Virus record (IMG/VR): IMGVR_UViG_3300043178_000087
Length of the DNA stretch: 64,000 nucleotides
Reading direction: 5' to 3' (one strand)
From: a virus
The notes below the pieces were generated by a model that did no database searches, was not told the DNA's origin, and saw only the letters and a program-made list of their open reading frames with translations. Positions 28,274 to 37,179 of this stretch are shown here, one piece after another. The translations under genes were made by a program, and so were the position numbers. Numbering within the stretch: position 1 is the first letter of the stretch; each line of letters starts with the position of its first letter.

Positions 28274-29050
28274 ATGAACGAGAACACCATGAGCAGCAAG
28301 ATGTTGGCCGTCTATATTGGCGACACTCCGTTTGTATGCTGCGTGTGCGGAACCCGGCATCGCGGCATTGGCAAGCGCCTCGATACCGTGACGGCCTGCT
28401 TCTACGAGCTGGCCCACGAGGCCGGAGCGCACGCCCCGGATGGCTTGCAGAGGCGGAGACGGCGGCCGAACCTTTACGAGCCGTATGCGCGGTGGAAGGC
28501 TGCCGACCTCACGCGGGTCATTTGGCCCGAGAGCATGGGTTCGGACATCGACTTGAAACTGGATCAGTACCGCCACGCCCTCGCCGCTGACACGCGGGAG
28601 ATGGGTGTCGCCTTCCTCAAGTCGGTGATCGCGGATTGGCGCGCCCAGCAGGACGCCAAGGAGAAGGACCTTTGGGCGTCCGAGCATAAGCCGGACATCA
28701 AGGTCCGTGGCCGTTTCGGGATCACCATCTGCCCCAAGGACGAGGCAAGCTACAACCGCACGTCGCTGCAATCCCTCGAGACGGCCATGCTCATGTTCAA
28801 GGACCCGTCCGTGGCATCCATCGCATCCACGGTCAGCCGCGAAATGGAGTGCGTGGAGCTTGATTGGACTGACGTGCGGAAGCCCGCACGGATGCTTCTG
28901 GTCAAGGACATGGACGACGATAAGGCCCCCAAGCTTGACGAATGCTATCTGCTTGGCAAGGACTACTGGTTTCAGAAGGTTCCGCGCCGTGTTGGCACCA
29001 TCAAGGAAGCCGAAGCCTATCTCACGATTCAGAAGTTGACAAATCGCTAA
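28274..29050 (+). CDS. Hypothetical protein
   Basis: Directly after a promoter; stop codon lies inside the next promoter. Confidence 0.7.
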   Translation: MNENTMSSKMLAVYIGDTPFVCCVCGTRHRGIGKRLDTVTACFYELAHEAGAHAPDGLQRRRRRPNLYEPYARWKAADLTRVIWPESMGSDIDLKLDQYRHALAADTREMGVAFLKSVIADWRAQQDAKEKDLWASEHKPDIKVRGRFGITICPKDEASYNRTSLQSLETAMLMFKDPSVASIASTVSREMECVELDWTDVRKPARMLLVKDMDDDKAPKLDECYLLGKDYWFQKVPRRVGTIKEAEAYLTIQKLTNR

Positions 29051-29063
29051 GTAGATACATAAT
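29036..29063 (+). promoter_or_regulatory. Promoter TTGACA-16-CATAAT
   Basis: Followed by an AGGAGATAG RBS. Confidence 0.8.
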
Positions 29064-29089
29064 AGTTCGTAAGGAGATAGGAGAAGAAC

Positions 29090-29686
29090 ATGGGCAAGCT
29101 GGTCCGGCAGGAGGATCTGGAGAACAAGGAGTTCACGTCCGGATTCCTCTTCTACGACGTTCCGACGCGGAACTCCTACATGGCGAATATGCTGCGGGCC
29201 AAGCTGCGGCCCTTCGCCATGTGGCCCAACAAGTCCGTCGTGACCTTCCCGTGGGAGAACGCCGCCCTCGTCGAGGGGGCCGTGCTGGAGGTCCGCGAGG
29301 CCACCGGCAAGGACGCCACGGCCTACATGCTCCCGCTCACCGAGGTCAGCCGCCCCTACCTCGTCCCCATGATCGAGGAAGCGGCCAAGGACGAGTTCGA
29401 GCGGTTGGTCAAGAGCCTCGCCAAGCGCATCGCCGCCATCCCCGAGAACGTCAAGAAGGCCATCGCCGCCGAGAAGCTGGCTCCCGACGAGGCCGAGAAG
29501 GACGCCCTCCGCCGCCGCAAGCTGGTCTACAAGGAGACGAAGAAGAGGGTGGAGGAGCTGGTGTGCCATGGTGTCGCCCTGCGCCTTCAGGACAAGTTCG
29601 CGGGGTGGGCCACGGTCGCCCGGCAGGTCTTGGAGGCCGAGCGTGTTTCCATCGAGGCCCTCAAGAGCCCGAAGGTGACGGTGTGA
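29090..29686 (+). CDS. Hypothetical protein
   Basis: RBS and strong GC3 bias. Confidence 0.75.
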   Translation: MGKLVRQEDLENKEFTSGFLFYDVPTRNSYMANMLRAKLRPFAMWPNKSVVTFPWENAALVEGAVLEVREATGKDATAYMLPLTEVSRPYLVPMIEEAAKDEFERLVKSLAKRIAAIPENVKKAIAAEKLAPDEAEKDALRRRKLVYKETKKRVEELVCHGVALRLQDKFAGWATVARQVLEAERVSIEALKSPKVTV

Positions 29687-29747
29687 CGGCTTGGGCTACA
29701 CGCTGGCGGGAAGCGTCGCCACAGGGCGGAACTTACCGGCGTGAGCG

Positions 29748-29775
29748 TTGACAAAACGAACGATTAGGACATAAT
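29748..29775 (+). promoter_or_regulatory. Promoter TTGACA-16-CATAAT (leaderless)
   Basis: ATG lies 5 nt downstream. Confidence 0.8.
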
Positions 29776-29780
29776 AAGCC

Positions 29781-30578
29781 ATGAACATGAGTCCGCTGTC
29801 CAACATCCCGCAGGACGCCCCGCTTCCGAAACCGGTCCTCAAGGACATGGGCTCCGAGGAACTTGAGGTCGCTGCCACCAACGCAGACGCGGCCAGCTTC
29901 CTCGCCCGTCTGATGGGCAAACCTGTGGACGTGAAGCGATCCGGCATCACGGCGGACTCCGACACCATCCGGGTGACGCGGGTTCACGGGCGGCTGGTAT
30001 ACCGGCATCTGCACCCGCAGGACCCCCCGACGATCATGGTGGCCGATCCCGAGGTCCGCAACGGCTACGTCTGCCCGTCCTGCGGCGACGAGCTGGACAG
30101 CGCCACGGCCAAGGCCCTCGAAGCCGACGTGAAGATCGAGGAGTACGCCGTCTCCTACAAGGAGAAGGAGGACAAGGAGTTCGCCGACACCCCCGTGGAG
30201 GCGGTCGGAAACGCCAAGTCCGAGTTCATCCACAAGGTCAAGGTCTATAAGCGGACGCCTGACCAGATCAGGGAGTACGTCGGCAAGATGGCCGGGCTGG
30301 GCAACAAGATCGTCGGCTACGAGGTCGAGGAGGAGACGTTCGCGGACATGATGCGGGCGCAGGGCATGGATCCCGCGACGGCTGGCAGCCTCGTCATTAT
30401 CCCCGGCCAACCAAACACTGCATCGGACAAGACCGGGGTGCAGATCATCACGCTCTACTTCGAGGACAAGCGGGCGTTGTACGCCTTCTTTCAGGACGAG
30501 AAGGTGAACAAGTTCCACAAGCGCATGAACGGGCAGGACGTGATGGAGGCCGAGGACAAGCAGGATGAGGGTTCCTGA
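29781..30578 (+). CDS. Hypothetical protein with CxxC
   Basis: CPSCG; strong GC3 bias. Confidence 0.7.
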   Translation: MNMSPLSNIPQDAPLPKPVLKDMGSEELEVAATNADAASFLARLMGKPVDVKRSGITADSDTIRVTRVHGRLVYRHLHPQDPPTIMVADPEVRNGYVCPSCGDELDSATAKALEADVKIEEYAVSYKEKEDKEFADTPVEAVGNAKSEFIHKVKVYKRTPDQIREYVGKMAGLGNKIVGYEVEEETFADMMRAQGMDPATAGSLVIIPGQPNTASDKTGVQIITLYFEDKRALYAFFQDEKVNKFHKRMNGQDVMEAEDKQDEGS

Positions 30579-30812
30579 GAAGGACGGCTCGACGGTTCCT
30601 AACAACGACGGGTCGCAGGACTGGGAGGACGTGATCTGCGACAAATGCGGGAAGTCCTGCCGCGACAAAGAGAACGTGAACTTCGAGTACGCCGCGATCA
30701 AGGCGACGTGGGGTACGCCTCCAACAAGGATCTTGAGAGGCACGAGGTGCACGTCTGCGAGAAGTGTTACGACGACTTCCGCCTGAAGTCGACCGTGACC
30801 TACTACATGTGA
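30565..30812 (+). pseudogene. Small Zn-finger-like protein interrupted by a -1 frameshift at ~30713
   Basis: CDKCGK..WG continues in the -1 frame as YASNKDLERHEVHVCEKCYD, and that stop overlaps the next GTG. Confidence 0.6.
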
Positions 30813-31153
30813 AGAACAGCAAGCGCAATTCGTGGGCCAGCTTCAGCCGCGTCTTCCAGAAGAACGACAAGCTTGTGGGGGAAGGCCACGAGCTGTCCTT
30901 GAAGGTCCGGCGCTGGGCCGAACGGCATCCCTCCGTCCGCATCGTGACCGTGGACGATGCCGTGTTCAGCACGTCGGACATCGTGCTGATGCCCGAGTAC
31001 GTGAAGGGCGAACTGTGGGGCATTTTTTGCGTGTTCATTCCGCAAACCACTGGGAAGCCCCAGCAGTTCTTCGTGTACCCGAGGAACGCATGGGACATGA
31101 TCGACGCCCTGTTCGGCATGGTGGCCGGGAAGCCCAAGAAGGAGAAGCCGTGA
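30809..31153 (+). CDS. Hypothetical protein
   Basis: Coupled ORF. Confidence 0.6.
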   Translation: MKNSKRNSWASFSRVFQKNDKLVGEGHELSLKVRRWAERHPSVRIVTVDDAVFSTSDIVLMPEYVKGELWGIFCVFIPQTTGKPQQFFVYPRNAWDMIDALFGMVAGKPKKEKP

Positions 31154-31350
31154 TCTACGACCAGCTTGGCATCCGGGAGCTGTTGGTTCTGAGGGCCGTC
31201 CTGAACTACGCCGAGGCCAACTCCGACGACCTGAACGCGGCGTTCGAGTCCGGCGAGGAGGACGGCAAGATCCGGGTGGACTACGAGCTGATCGAACCCA
31301 TCACCAACGAGGAGATCCACAAACTTCTGGTTAAACTGATTGGACGGTAG
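31150..31350 (+). CDS. Hypothetical protein
   Basis: Coupled ORF. Confidence 0.55.
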   Translation: MIYDQLGIRELLVLRAVLNYAEANSDDLNAAFESGEEDGKIRVDYELIEPITNEEIHKLLVKLIGR

Positions 31351-31358
31351 GAGGTCGT

Positions 31359-31934
31359 ATGCGTAATTTGGTGTTCGGCTTCGCGGTTCTCATGCTGGTG
31401 GCGTCTCTGATTCCCGCTTGCGGCGGGGACGGCGGGAGCGGGTCGGCTGGCGCTGTTCCTCCTTCCGCCCCTGCCACGGAGTTCGTGGTCCACGAGTCCA
31501 CCCAGACCGGTCCGCATACTGTCCCCGCTCTTTCGACCACCGGGTACGGCGCTTTGCTCAGGGAACTGGTATTCACCCCCGCCGTCGGAGAGGAACTTAT
31601 CAGGATCGAGGTGCAGGGGACGGCGACGTTCGCTCCGGCAGCTGGCCGACTGTACATTGTGGTATTGGACCACAACTACATGCTGGTCGATGCCGTCGCC
31701 GTGCAGGGCAACTGGGGAACGACGTGTGGGTACCTTTTGAAGAGCGAGACCCCGGGCTCTAATGTCTCTACGCAGCTTTCGACGGCGGTTACGTGGCCTG
31801 CTCCGTACTACCGGATCAGGTTCTTCGCCACCAACTCCGCCAACGCCGCCGCGTATGTGCAATCCGCAAAGTTCCGCATTTTGACCGTGAAGAACGGTAC
31901 CGTAATTCCTGCCAGCGGGCAAATCAGCGGATAA
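31359..31934 (+). CDS. Lipoprotein
   Basis: MRNLVFGFAVLMLVASLIPA-C followed by a Gly/Ser linker; GGAGG RBS. Confidence 0.7.
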   Translation: MRNLVFGFAVLMLVASLIPACGGDGGSGSAGAVPPSAPATEFVVHESTQTGPHTVPALSTTGYGALLRELVFTPAVGEELIRIEVQGTATFAPAAGRLYIVVLDHNYMLVDAVAVQGNWGTTCGYLLKSETPGSNVSTQLSTAVTWPAPYYRIRFFATNSANAAAYVQSAKFRILTVKNGTVIPASGQISG

Positions 31935-31940
31935 CAAACC

Positions 31941-31968
31941 TTGACGAAAAGGGCGCTGGTGCTATACT
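31941..31968 (+). promoter_or_regulatory. Promoter TTGACG-16-TATACT
   Basis: Followed by an AGGAGATAG RBS. Confidence 0.7.
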
Positions 31969-31998
31969 ACCAACGTTAAGGAAGGTAGGAGATAGCGC

Positions 31999-32346
31999 AT
32001 GAGCAACCGGATCGAAGTGTCGTGGAGTACATTCCCTCTCAGCTACCCCGGGGGTGTCCGCGAACTGGAATCGGTGATGGCCATTTCGGATGTCGGGGAT
32101 GGCGAGTTCGTGTGCCGCCTGTGCCAGCGGTCTATGAAAGCCCAGCGCACGCTGGTGCAGATCGACAAGATTGCGGGCAAGGAACGTCGGGCCGGGGCCT
32201 ACTGCCTCAAGTGCGCCTACGTCTCCATGGCCGACAAGCTCAGGGAACGCGCCGGAGGCGAGCCCGTGGCCGAGGCCATCCGGCAGGCCGCCACGGCGTC
32301 CGCCATCGTTGACGGCGAACTTTACGTGGTGATCGAGCCGTCCTGA
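31999..32346 (+). CDS. Hypothetical CxxC protein
   Basis: CRLC..CLKC. Confidence 0.65.
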   Translation: MSNRIEVSWSTFPLSYPGGVRELESVMAISDVGDGEFVCRLCQRSMKAQRTLVQIDKIAGKERRAGAYCLKCAYVSMADKLRERAGGEPVAEAIRQAATASAIVDGELYVVIEPS

Positions 32347-32564
32347 TGCTCACGAGGCTCTTCTCCACGGACGGTCGCTCGGTCCACTTCGTCGAGAAGG
32401 CTTTGCGCGGCTGGAGTTGCCGGTCCTGCAAGGCATCGGATAGACTCTTCTTCGTGGTCACCAAGGATTCGTGGGGCATCTACACCACCTGTATTCCGTG
32501 CGTCAACAGGAACGCCGCGCAGTACCCTCTTGACCTGATCAAAAAGCTTGCTGAGTTTTCGTAG
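32346..32564 (+). CDS. Hypothetical CxxC protein
   Basis: CRSC..CIPC. Confidence 0.55.
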   Translation: MLTRLFSTDGRSVHFVEKALRGWSCRSCKASDRLFFVVTKDSWGIYTTCIPCVNRNAAQYPLDLIKKLAEFS

Positions 32565-32572
32565 GAGGAACT

Positions 32573-32950
32573 ATGGCAACCCCACAGCCCATGGGCGACC
32601 CTAGTTTGAACAACAACTACACCGTCGCTCCTTCCAATACTACTACTACGAACCCCACCTACATCGGCAGTATCACCACCACTACTGGCGGTTCCGGGGG
32701 CTACATCTCCGTTCCGTACCCCGTGACCACCGGCAGTTCCACGTGGACCGGCACGTGGGAAAGCACCGCCACGGAAGAGTGCCAGTTCTGCGACAAGGAA
32801 GTGAAGGTGGGGATCTTCATGAAGTCCAAGAAGGGCAAGAAGTCCTTCATCTGCGTCCCGTGCGCAAAGCAGCACATGGGCAGCGAAAAGATGAAGGATC
32901 TTCTGGATCTGGTCGAGCCCGTGGCCGTCGGCGAAGAGCTGGCCGAGTAG
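32573..32950 (+). CDS. Hypothetical protein, Thr-rich N-terminus plus CxxC
   Basis: GGAGG RBS; CQFC..CVPC. Confidence 0.65.
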   Translation: MATPQPMGDPSLNNNYTVAPSNTTTTNPTYIGSITTTTGGSGGYISVPYPVTTGSSTWTGTWESTATEECQFCDKEVKVGIFMKSKKGKKSFICVPCAKQHMGSEKMKDLLDLVEPVAVGEELAE

Positions 32951-33005
32951 ACTTCTATCTCCTTTTGGGGGAGGCGGGTGCTCATGCCCGCCTCCCCCCT
33001 CTACG

Positions 33006-33230
33006 ATGCCGTTCGAGCGGAAACGAGCCTTGAAGGACAAACAGCGTGTCGTGGTACGCGAAGCTCCTTGCTCCTCCTGTCCGCCGTGGACCCGCCGGAA
33101 CGTCACCAAAGGCGACAAGGGGCGCATAGATCATTGGTCGGATGTCCTCAAGAGCTACTGGATCGCCATCGACAGGCTGCCCGGGGAATCCACCGGAATC
33201 TGCCCTCGTCATCTGGAATCCGCCGAATAG
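33006..33230 (+). CDS. Hypothetical protein
   Basis: Plausible small ORF. Confidence 0.4.
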   Translation: MPFERKRALKDKQRVVVREAPCSSCPPWTRRNVTKGDKGRIDHWSDVLKSYWIAIDRLPGESTGICPRHLESAE

Positions 33231-33280
33231 GCGTCATCCATGGAAAGGCTCCTCGTAGGTAGCTCCAGAAGGAGATACCT

Positions 33281-33505
33281 ATGATCGAGCGAAAGCTGGC
33301 GTGGCCCGGTTCCCGTACGAAGTGCCGCAGCTGTCAGGCCCGAATCGAGCCGGGAACCCCCTACGAAAGGTTCGAGAAATACGCCTACCATCCCGAGTGC
33401 TTGGACAGGGTTCTTTGGCAGGACTCCGCCTCCAAGTGCGTCTCGTTCGAGTTTGACGAGCTTGAACGATTGGAAGGGACGTTCCACTACCCTGCCGAAA
33501 TCTAA
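33281..33505 (+). CDS. Hypothetical Zn-finger-like protein
   Basis: AGGAGAT RBS; CRSC..HPEC. Confidence 0.6.
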   Translation: MIERKLAWPGSRTKCRSCQARIEPGTPYERFEKYAYHPECLDRVLWQDSASKCVSFEFDELERLEGTFHYPAEI

Positions 33506-33533
33506 TTGACAAATACTATCGTAGAGACATAAT
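33506..33533 (+). promoter_or_regulatory. Promoter TTGACA-16-CATAAT
   Basis: Begins directly after a stop codon. Confidence 0.8.
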
Positions 33534-33551
33534 ACTACGCGAGAGGATTCT

Positions 33552-33947
33552 ATGAGCAGCTACCCGTTCCCTTCTCCGGGGCTGCATCTCCTGCTGACGG
33601 GCCTCCGTCACGGGGATTTCGACAAGGCCGAGCCCACGGGATACCGCGCCTACGACGAAGGATGCTGTCTCTGCAAGCGCAGGGCGAACGACAAGATGGC
33701 GGAAGTGCGGTTCTCGTTCCCGCGAGAAGTGACCTTGAGGGGAACGGACATCCCTTTTGATCTCACCGTGGAAATGGCGAAGCTCTGCCTGCCCTGTCTC
33801 GTAAAGCTGGGCGATATGCTGGGAGAGCGGGCCAAGGATCTGCAACCTTTGATGGCGTTCGCCCGTCAGCGCATTGAGGCCGACAAGGCTACCGTATATG
33901 TCCCTGCCGCCATCGAGGACGACGGAGATTCGGGGAAGGCGATTTAA
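33552..33947 (+). CDS. Hypothetical CxxC protein
   Basis: CCLC..CLPC. Confidence 0.6.
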   Translation: MSSYPFPSPGLHLLLTGLRHGDFDKAEPTGYRAYDEGCCLCKRRANDKMAEVRFSFPREVTLRGTDIPFDLTVEMAKLCLPCLVKLGDMLGERAKDLQPLMAFARQRIEADKATVYVPAAIEDDGDSGKAI

Positions 33948-34032
33948 CAAACAAGCGGCGAAAAACATAGGGGAGTGTGGCAACCCCGTTGTGGTGGTTG
34001 CCGGGTGAATCTGGAACGGAAGGAGCAAGCAA

Positions 34033-35058
34033 ATGGCGAAGGTCGGAGAAGTCAAGGAGCTGGTCAAGGTGTGCCGCAAGGCCGGGGTGCCCGTGCAGTT
34101 GTGGGGGCCTCCGGGCGTCGGCAAGTCCGACAGCATCCGTCAGGTGGCGCAGGAGATGGGGCTGGCGGTCATCGACCTGCGGATGTCCCTGCTCAACCCG
34201 GTGGATCTGCGCGGCATCCCCTACGTCGATAAGGAGTCCGGGCAGACGAAGTGGATGGCCCCCTCGTTCCTGCCCAAGGACGGCGAGGGCATCCTGTTCC
34301 TCGACGAGCTGAACGTCGCGCCGCCCGCCGTTCAGGCGGCGGCGTATCAGTTGATCCTCGACCGGGCGGTGGGCGAGTACAAGCTGCCCCCCGGCTGGTT
34401 CGTCGTCGCGGCTGGCAACCGGGGCACGGATCGGGCCCTCGTGTACGATATGCCTTCCGCGCTCCCCAACCGCATGACCCACTACGAGGTCGAAGTCAAC
34501 GTGGACGACTGGCTCAACTGGGCGTGGCAGAACGGCGTGGACGCCCGCGTGATTTCCTTCATCAACTTCAAGAACAGTCTCCTGTTCCAGTTCGACCCAA
34601 AGACGGCCAAGCGCGGGTTCCCGACGCCCCGTAGCTGGTCCTTCGTGTCGAAGCTGATCGGCGCGGCCCCCAAGGTGGATTTCGAGTTGGTCGCCGGGGC
34701 CGTGGGCGAGGCGGCGGGCCACGAGTTCCACGCCTTCGTCAAGGTCATGGACAAGCTCCCCAACGCCGAGGACATCCTGAACGGGAAGCCCGTCACGCTC
34801 CCCAAGGAGCCGTCCAGCCTGTACGCGCTGTGCGGGTCGCTGGTGTCCAAGGTGCAGGGCCTTCCGGGGAAGAAGCATCTGGAGGCCGTCCGCAACGTGG
34901 TGGCCTTCTGCGAAACCAAGCTGTCCCCGGAGTTCGCGGTGCTGACGGTCAAGGACTACGCCCGTACCCCGAAGTTCAAGGAGTTCGCCCAGCAGTTGTT
35001 CGTCACGGGCGAGTGGAAGTCCTTCTGCAAGAAGTTCGGGGATGTGATCCTGCGGTAA
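34033..35058 (+). CDS. MoxR-like AAA+ ATPase
   Basis: WGPPGVGKS, ILFLDELN, VVAAGNR, ALPNRMTH, TPRSW. Confidence 0.9.
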   Translation: MAKVGEVKELVKVCRKAGVPVQLWGPPGVGKSDSIRQVAQEMGLAVIDLRMSLLNPVDLRGIPYVDKESGQTKWMAPSFLPKDGEGILFLDELNVAPPAVQAAAYQLILDRAVGEYKLPPGWFVVAAGNRGTDRALVYDMPSALPNRMTHYEVEVNVDDWLNWAWQNGVDARVISFINFKNSLLFQFDPKTAKRGFPTPRSWSFVSKLIGAAPKVDFELVAGAVGEAAGHEFHAFVKVMDKLPNAEDILNGKPVTLPKEPSSLYALCGSLVSKVQGLPGKKHLEAVRNVVAFCETKLSPEFAVLTVKDYARTPKFKEFAQQLFVTGEWKSFCKKFGDVILR

Positions 35059-35133
35059 CATGGTTTCCAGATTCACGGGCCGGGTTTCCGAAGCCAAGTA
35101 GGGAACCCGGCCCCCTCTGATTCCGGGGCCGAG

Positions 35134-35161
35134 TTGACAAAAACCGCGATAGCTACATAAT
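35134..35161 (+). promoter_or_regulatory. Promoter TTGACA-16-CATAAT
   Basis: Followed by an AGGAGATAG RBS; preceded by a hairpin (~35077-35112). Confidence 0.8.
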
Positions 35162-35186
35162 AGGGTGTAGCTGAAAGGAGATAGCG

Positions 35187-36374
35187 ATGGGCGACACGCC
35201 GGAAATCTTCGCCAAGAGCAAGGTGAAGATGATTCTCAAGCACCCGTTCTTCGCGGTGCTGGCTCTGCATCTGGCCGAGAAGAAGGCCGACAAGTCCCTG
35301 TCCACCACGGCGACGGACGGCAAGAACCTGTTCGTCAACGAGGACTGGGCGAAGAAGCTGGACGACGACGAGAAGCTGTTCGTGCTGGGGCACGAAGTCC
35401 TGCATTGTGCCTTCGGGCACCTGTGGCGGCGCGGCACCCGCGACCCGGAGCGGTTCAACATCGCCGCCGACTACGCCATCAATCTCGTCTTGCAGAAGGC
35501 GGGGCTCAAGCCGCCCAAGGAAGTCCTGCTGGATCAGAAGTACGACGGCATGAGCGCGGAGGAAATCTACGACAAGCTCCCCAAGGACATGAAGGGGAAG
35601 AAGCCCCTCTGCGTCATGCTCAAGGGCGCGGGCGGCGGCGAGGACTCCCCGGATTCCAAGGGGTGCGCGGGGCACCAGCACGGCGAGGGCGACGTTGAAA
35701 TCGAAGTGCCCAACCAGAAGGAAATGGAAACCGAGTGGAAGGGCCTTCTGGCGGAAGCGGCGACCACGGCGCGGATGCAGGGCAAGATGCCCGAAGGGCT
35801 GGATCGGCTCATCAAGGACATCCTTGAGCCGAAGATGCGCTGGGACCAGCTTCTCGACCGGTTGATTTCGGAGGTCACCCGGGACGATTACGACGATCAG
35901 TACCCGGATCGTCGCCTTCTCGCGGAGCATGGCCTGTACTTCCCCGACCTGAAAAGCGAGAAGCGGTACATCGCCATCGCCATCGACACTTCCGGGTCCA
36001 TCGGGCAGGACGAGTTGAGGGCGTTCGTCAGCGAGACGGCGGCAATCGTCCGGTCCCGTGGCGTGAGCCGGGTTCGGATCATGTCGTGTGACGCGGCGGT
36101 TCACGTGGACCGGATCATCGAGCCGCAGGACGAGCTTCCCGGCGAGTACCCCGGTGGCGGTGGGACCAGTTTTGTCCCGGTGTTCAAGCGGTTGGAGGAA
36201 GATGGGGCGACGGAGAAGCCCGCCCTGTTGGTGTATTTCACGGATTCCTACGGCGAGTTCCCCGACCATCCCCCGGAGTACCCGGTCATGTGGGTGGTGA
36301 AGGGCGGCGAGGCCAAGAACGTGCCGTTCGGAATCGCCTGTACTTACGAAACGGCTGAGATTGAGGTCCGCTAA
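35187..36374 (+). CDS. Metallopeptidase (DUF2201-like) + VWA-like domain protein
   Basis: TTATDG, GHEVLHCAFGH (HExxH), NIAADYAIN, AIDTSGSI, GGGGTSF, YFTDSYG. Confidence 0.9.
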   Translation: MGDTPEIFAKSKVKMILKHPFFAVLALHLAEKKADKSLSTTATDGKNLFVNEDWAKKLDDDEKLFVLGHEVLHCAFGHLWRRGTRDPERFNIAADYAINLVLQKAGLKPPKEVLLDQKYDGMSAEEIYDKLPKDMKGKKPLCVMLKGAGGGEDSPDSKGCAGHQHGEGDVEIEVPNQKEMETEWKGLLAEAATTARMQGKMPEGLDRLIKDILEPKMRWDQLLDRLISEVTRDDYDDQYPDRRLLAEHGLYFPDLKSEKRYIAIAIDTSGSIGQDELRAFVSETAAIVRSRGVSRVRIMSCDAAVHVDRIIEPQDELPGEYPGGGGTSFVPVFKRLEEDGATEKPALLVYFTDSYGEFPDHPPEYPVMWVVKGGEAKNVPFGIACTYETAEIEVR

Positions 36375-36640
36375 TGAACGAGGACCGTGCCTTCTTGTTG
36401 GGCTCCATCTACGGAGACGGGTCTGTAACCAATCGAATGGTCCGTTGGTCCCTCCCGTTTTCTGACGCCGAGTTTGCGTCGAGGATTGATGAAGCTTGTA
36501 AGAATGTGTACGGAAAGAAACCCAAGAGGTACGTGCAAAGAACCGTGTCCGGAGTACCGTATTGGAACGTGTGCCTTGGAACGGTTACTGGCTGGGAGTG
36601 GGCCAAGCAGTACGAGACGAGCGAAGTGGAAGTGCGGTAA
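36374..36640 (+). pseudogene. Truncated LAGLIDADG homing endonuclease fused to a duplicate of the VWA gene 3' end
   Basis: AFLLGSIYGDGSV is a single LAGLIDADG helix. The ORF ends YETSEVEVR*, versus YETAEIEVR* in the upstream gene. Confidence 0.7.
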
Positions 36641-36681
36641 GATTCAACGGCCCCCGGTTGGATCGCGCCAGCCGGGGGCCA

Positions 36682-36698
36682 ACTGCACGCTATGCAGT
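36682..36698. promoter_or_regulatory. Palindrome copy 4 ACTGCA-CGCTA-TGCAGT
   Basis: Intergenic, after hairpin GGCCCCCGG/CCGGGGGCC and 7 nt before an ATG. Confidence 0.65.
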
Positions 36699-36705
36699 TG
36701 AAGCC

Positions 36706-37179
36706 ATGACTGAAACCTTCCTGTCCCAAATCGCCGGGCTGTCCGTGTGCATCCGGCGAACCCGCTGTCATGGATGCCAAAGGTTCATGTACGGCGGCGA
36801 GTTCCGCTTCGGGGTCTACATCAAGAAGTCCGTGGGCGGCAAGAAGGCCCCGGCGTTCGTCAAGTTCGTGGTCAAGCACTTCTGCCTTCCCTGTGCGGTG
36901 GCCGGGTTCAACCAAACCTTGAAGATCGCCAGAATGTATCGCCGTCAGATGAAGCGCAAGATGCGCACGGACAAGGCCCTGTACGCCACCCGTGCGCTGG
37001 GCGTGGAGTTTGAGGAACAAGCAGCGGCAACCGTCCGAAAGCGACTTGACAAAATCATAGCGCATAGACATAATACTAAAGTAAGGATCGAGCAGATCCG
37101 GGCGGCCTTCGCCGCCGAGAACAAGCGCAGAACAGAGGCCATGGACGCGGCGGCGTCCGAGGAGGACAAGTGCAACTGA
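36706..37179 (+). CDS. Hypothetical CxxC protein
   Basis: CHGC..CLPC; the 3' part contains a consensus promoter. Confidence 0.6.
   Translation: MTETFLSQIAGLSVCIRRTRCHGCQRFMYGGEFRFGVYIKKSVGGKKAPAFVKFVVKHFCLPCAVAGFNQTLKIARMYRRQMKRKMRTDKALYATRALGVEFEEQAAATVRKRLDKIIAHRHNTKVRIEQIRAAFAAENKRRTEAMDAAASEEDKCN
37046..37074 (+). promoter_or_regulatory. Promoter TTGACA-17-CATAAT inside an ORF
   Basis: AT-rich consensus island inside a GC-rich ORF. Confidence 0.7.

Noticed and set aside
32967-32998. 12-bp GC hairpin GGGGGAGGCGGG/CCCGCCTCCCCC as a terminator
   Set aside because: No downstream U-tract on either strand, so its function is unsupported.
33944-33971. Degenerate promoter TTAACA-16-CATAGG before the AAA ATPase
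   Set aside because: Both hexamers are mismatched; plausible but not listed as supported.
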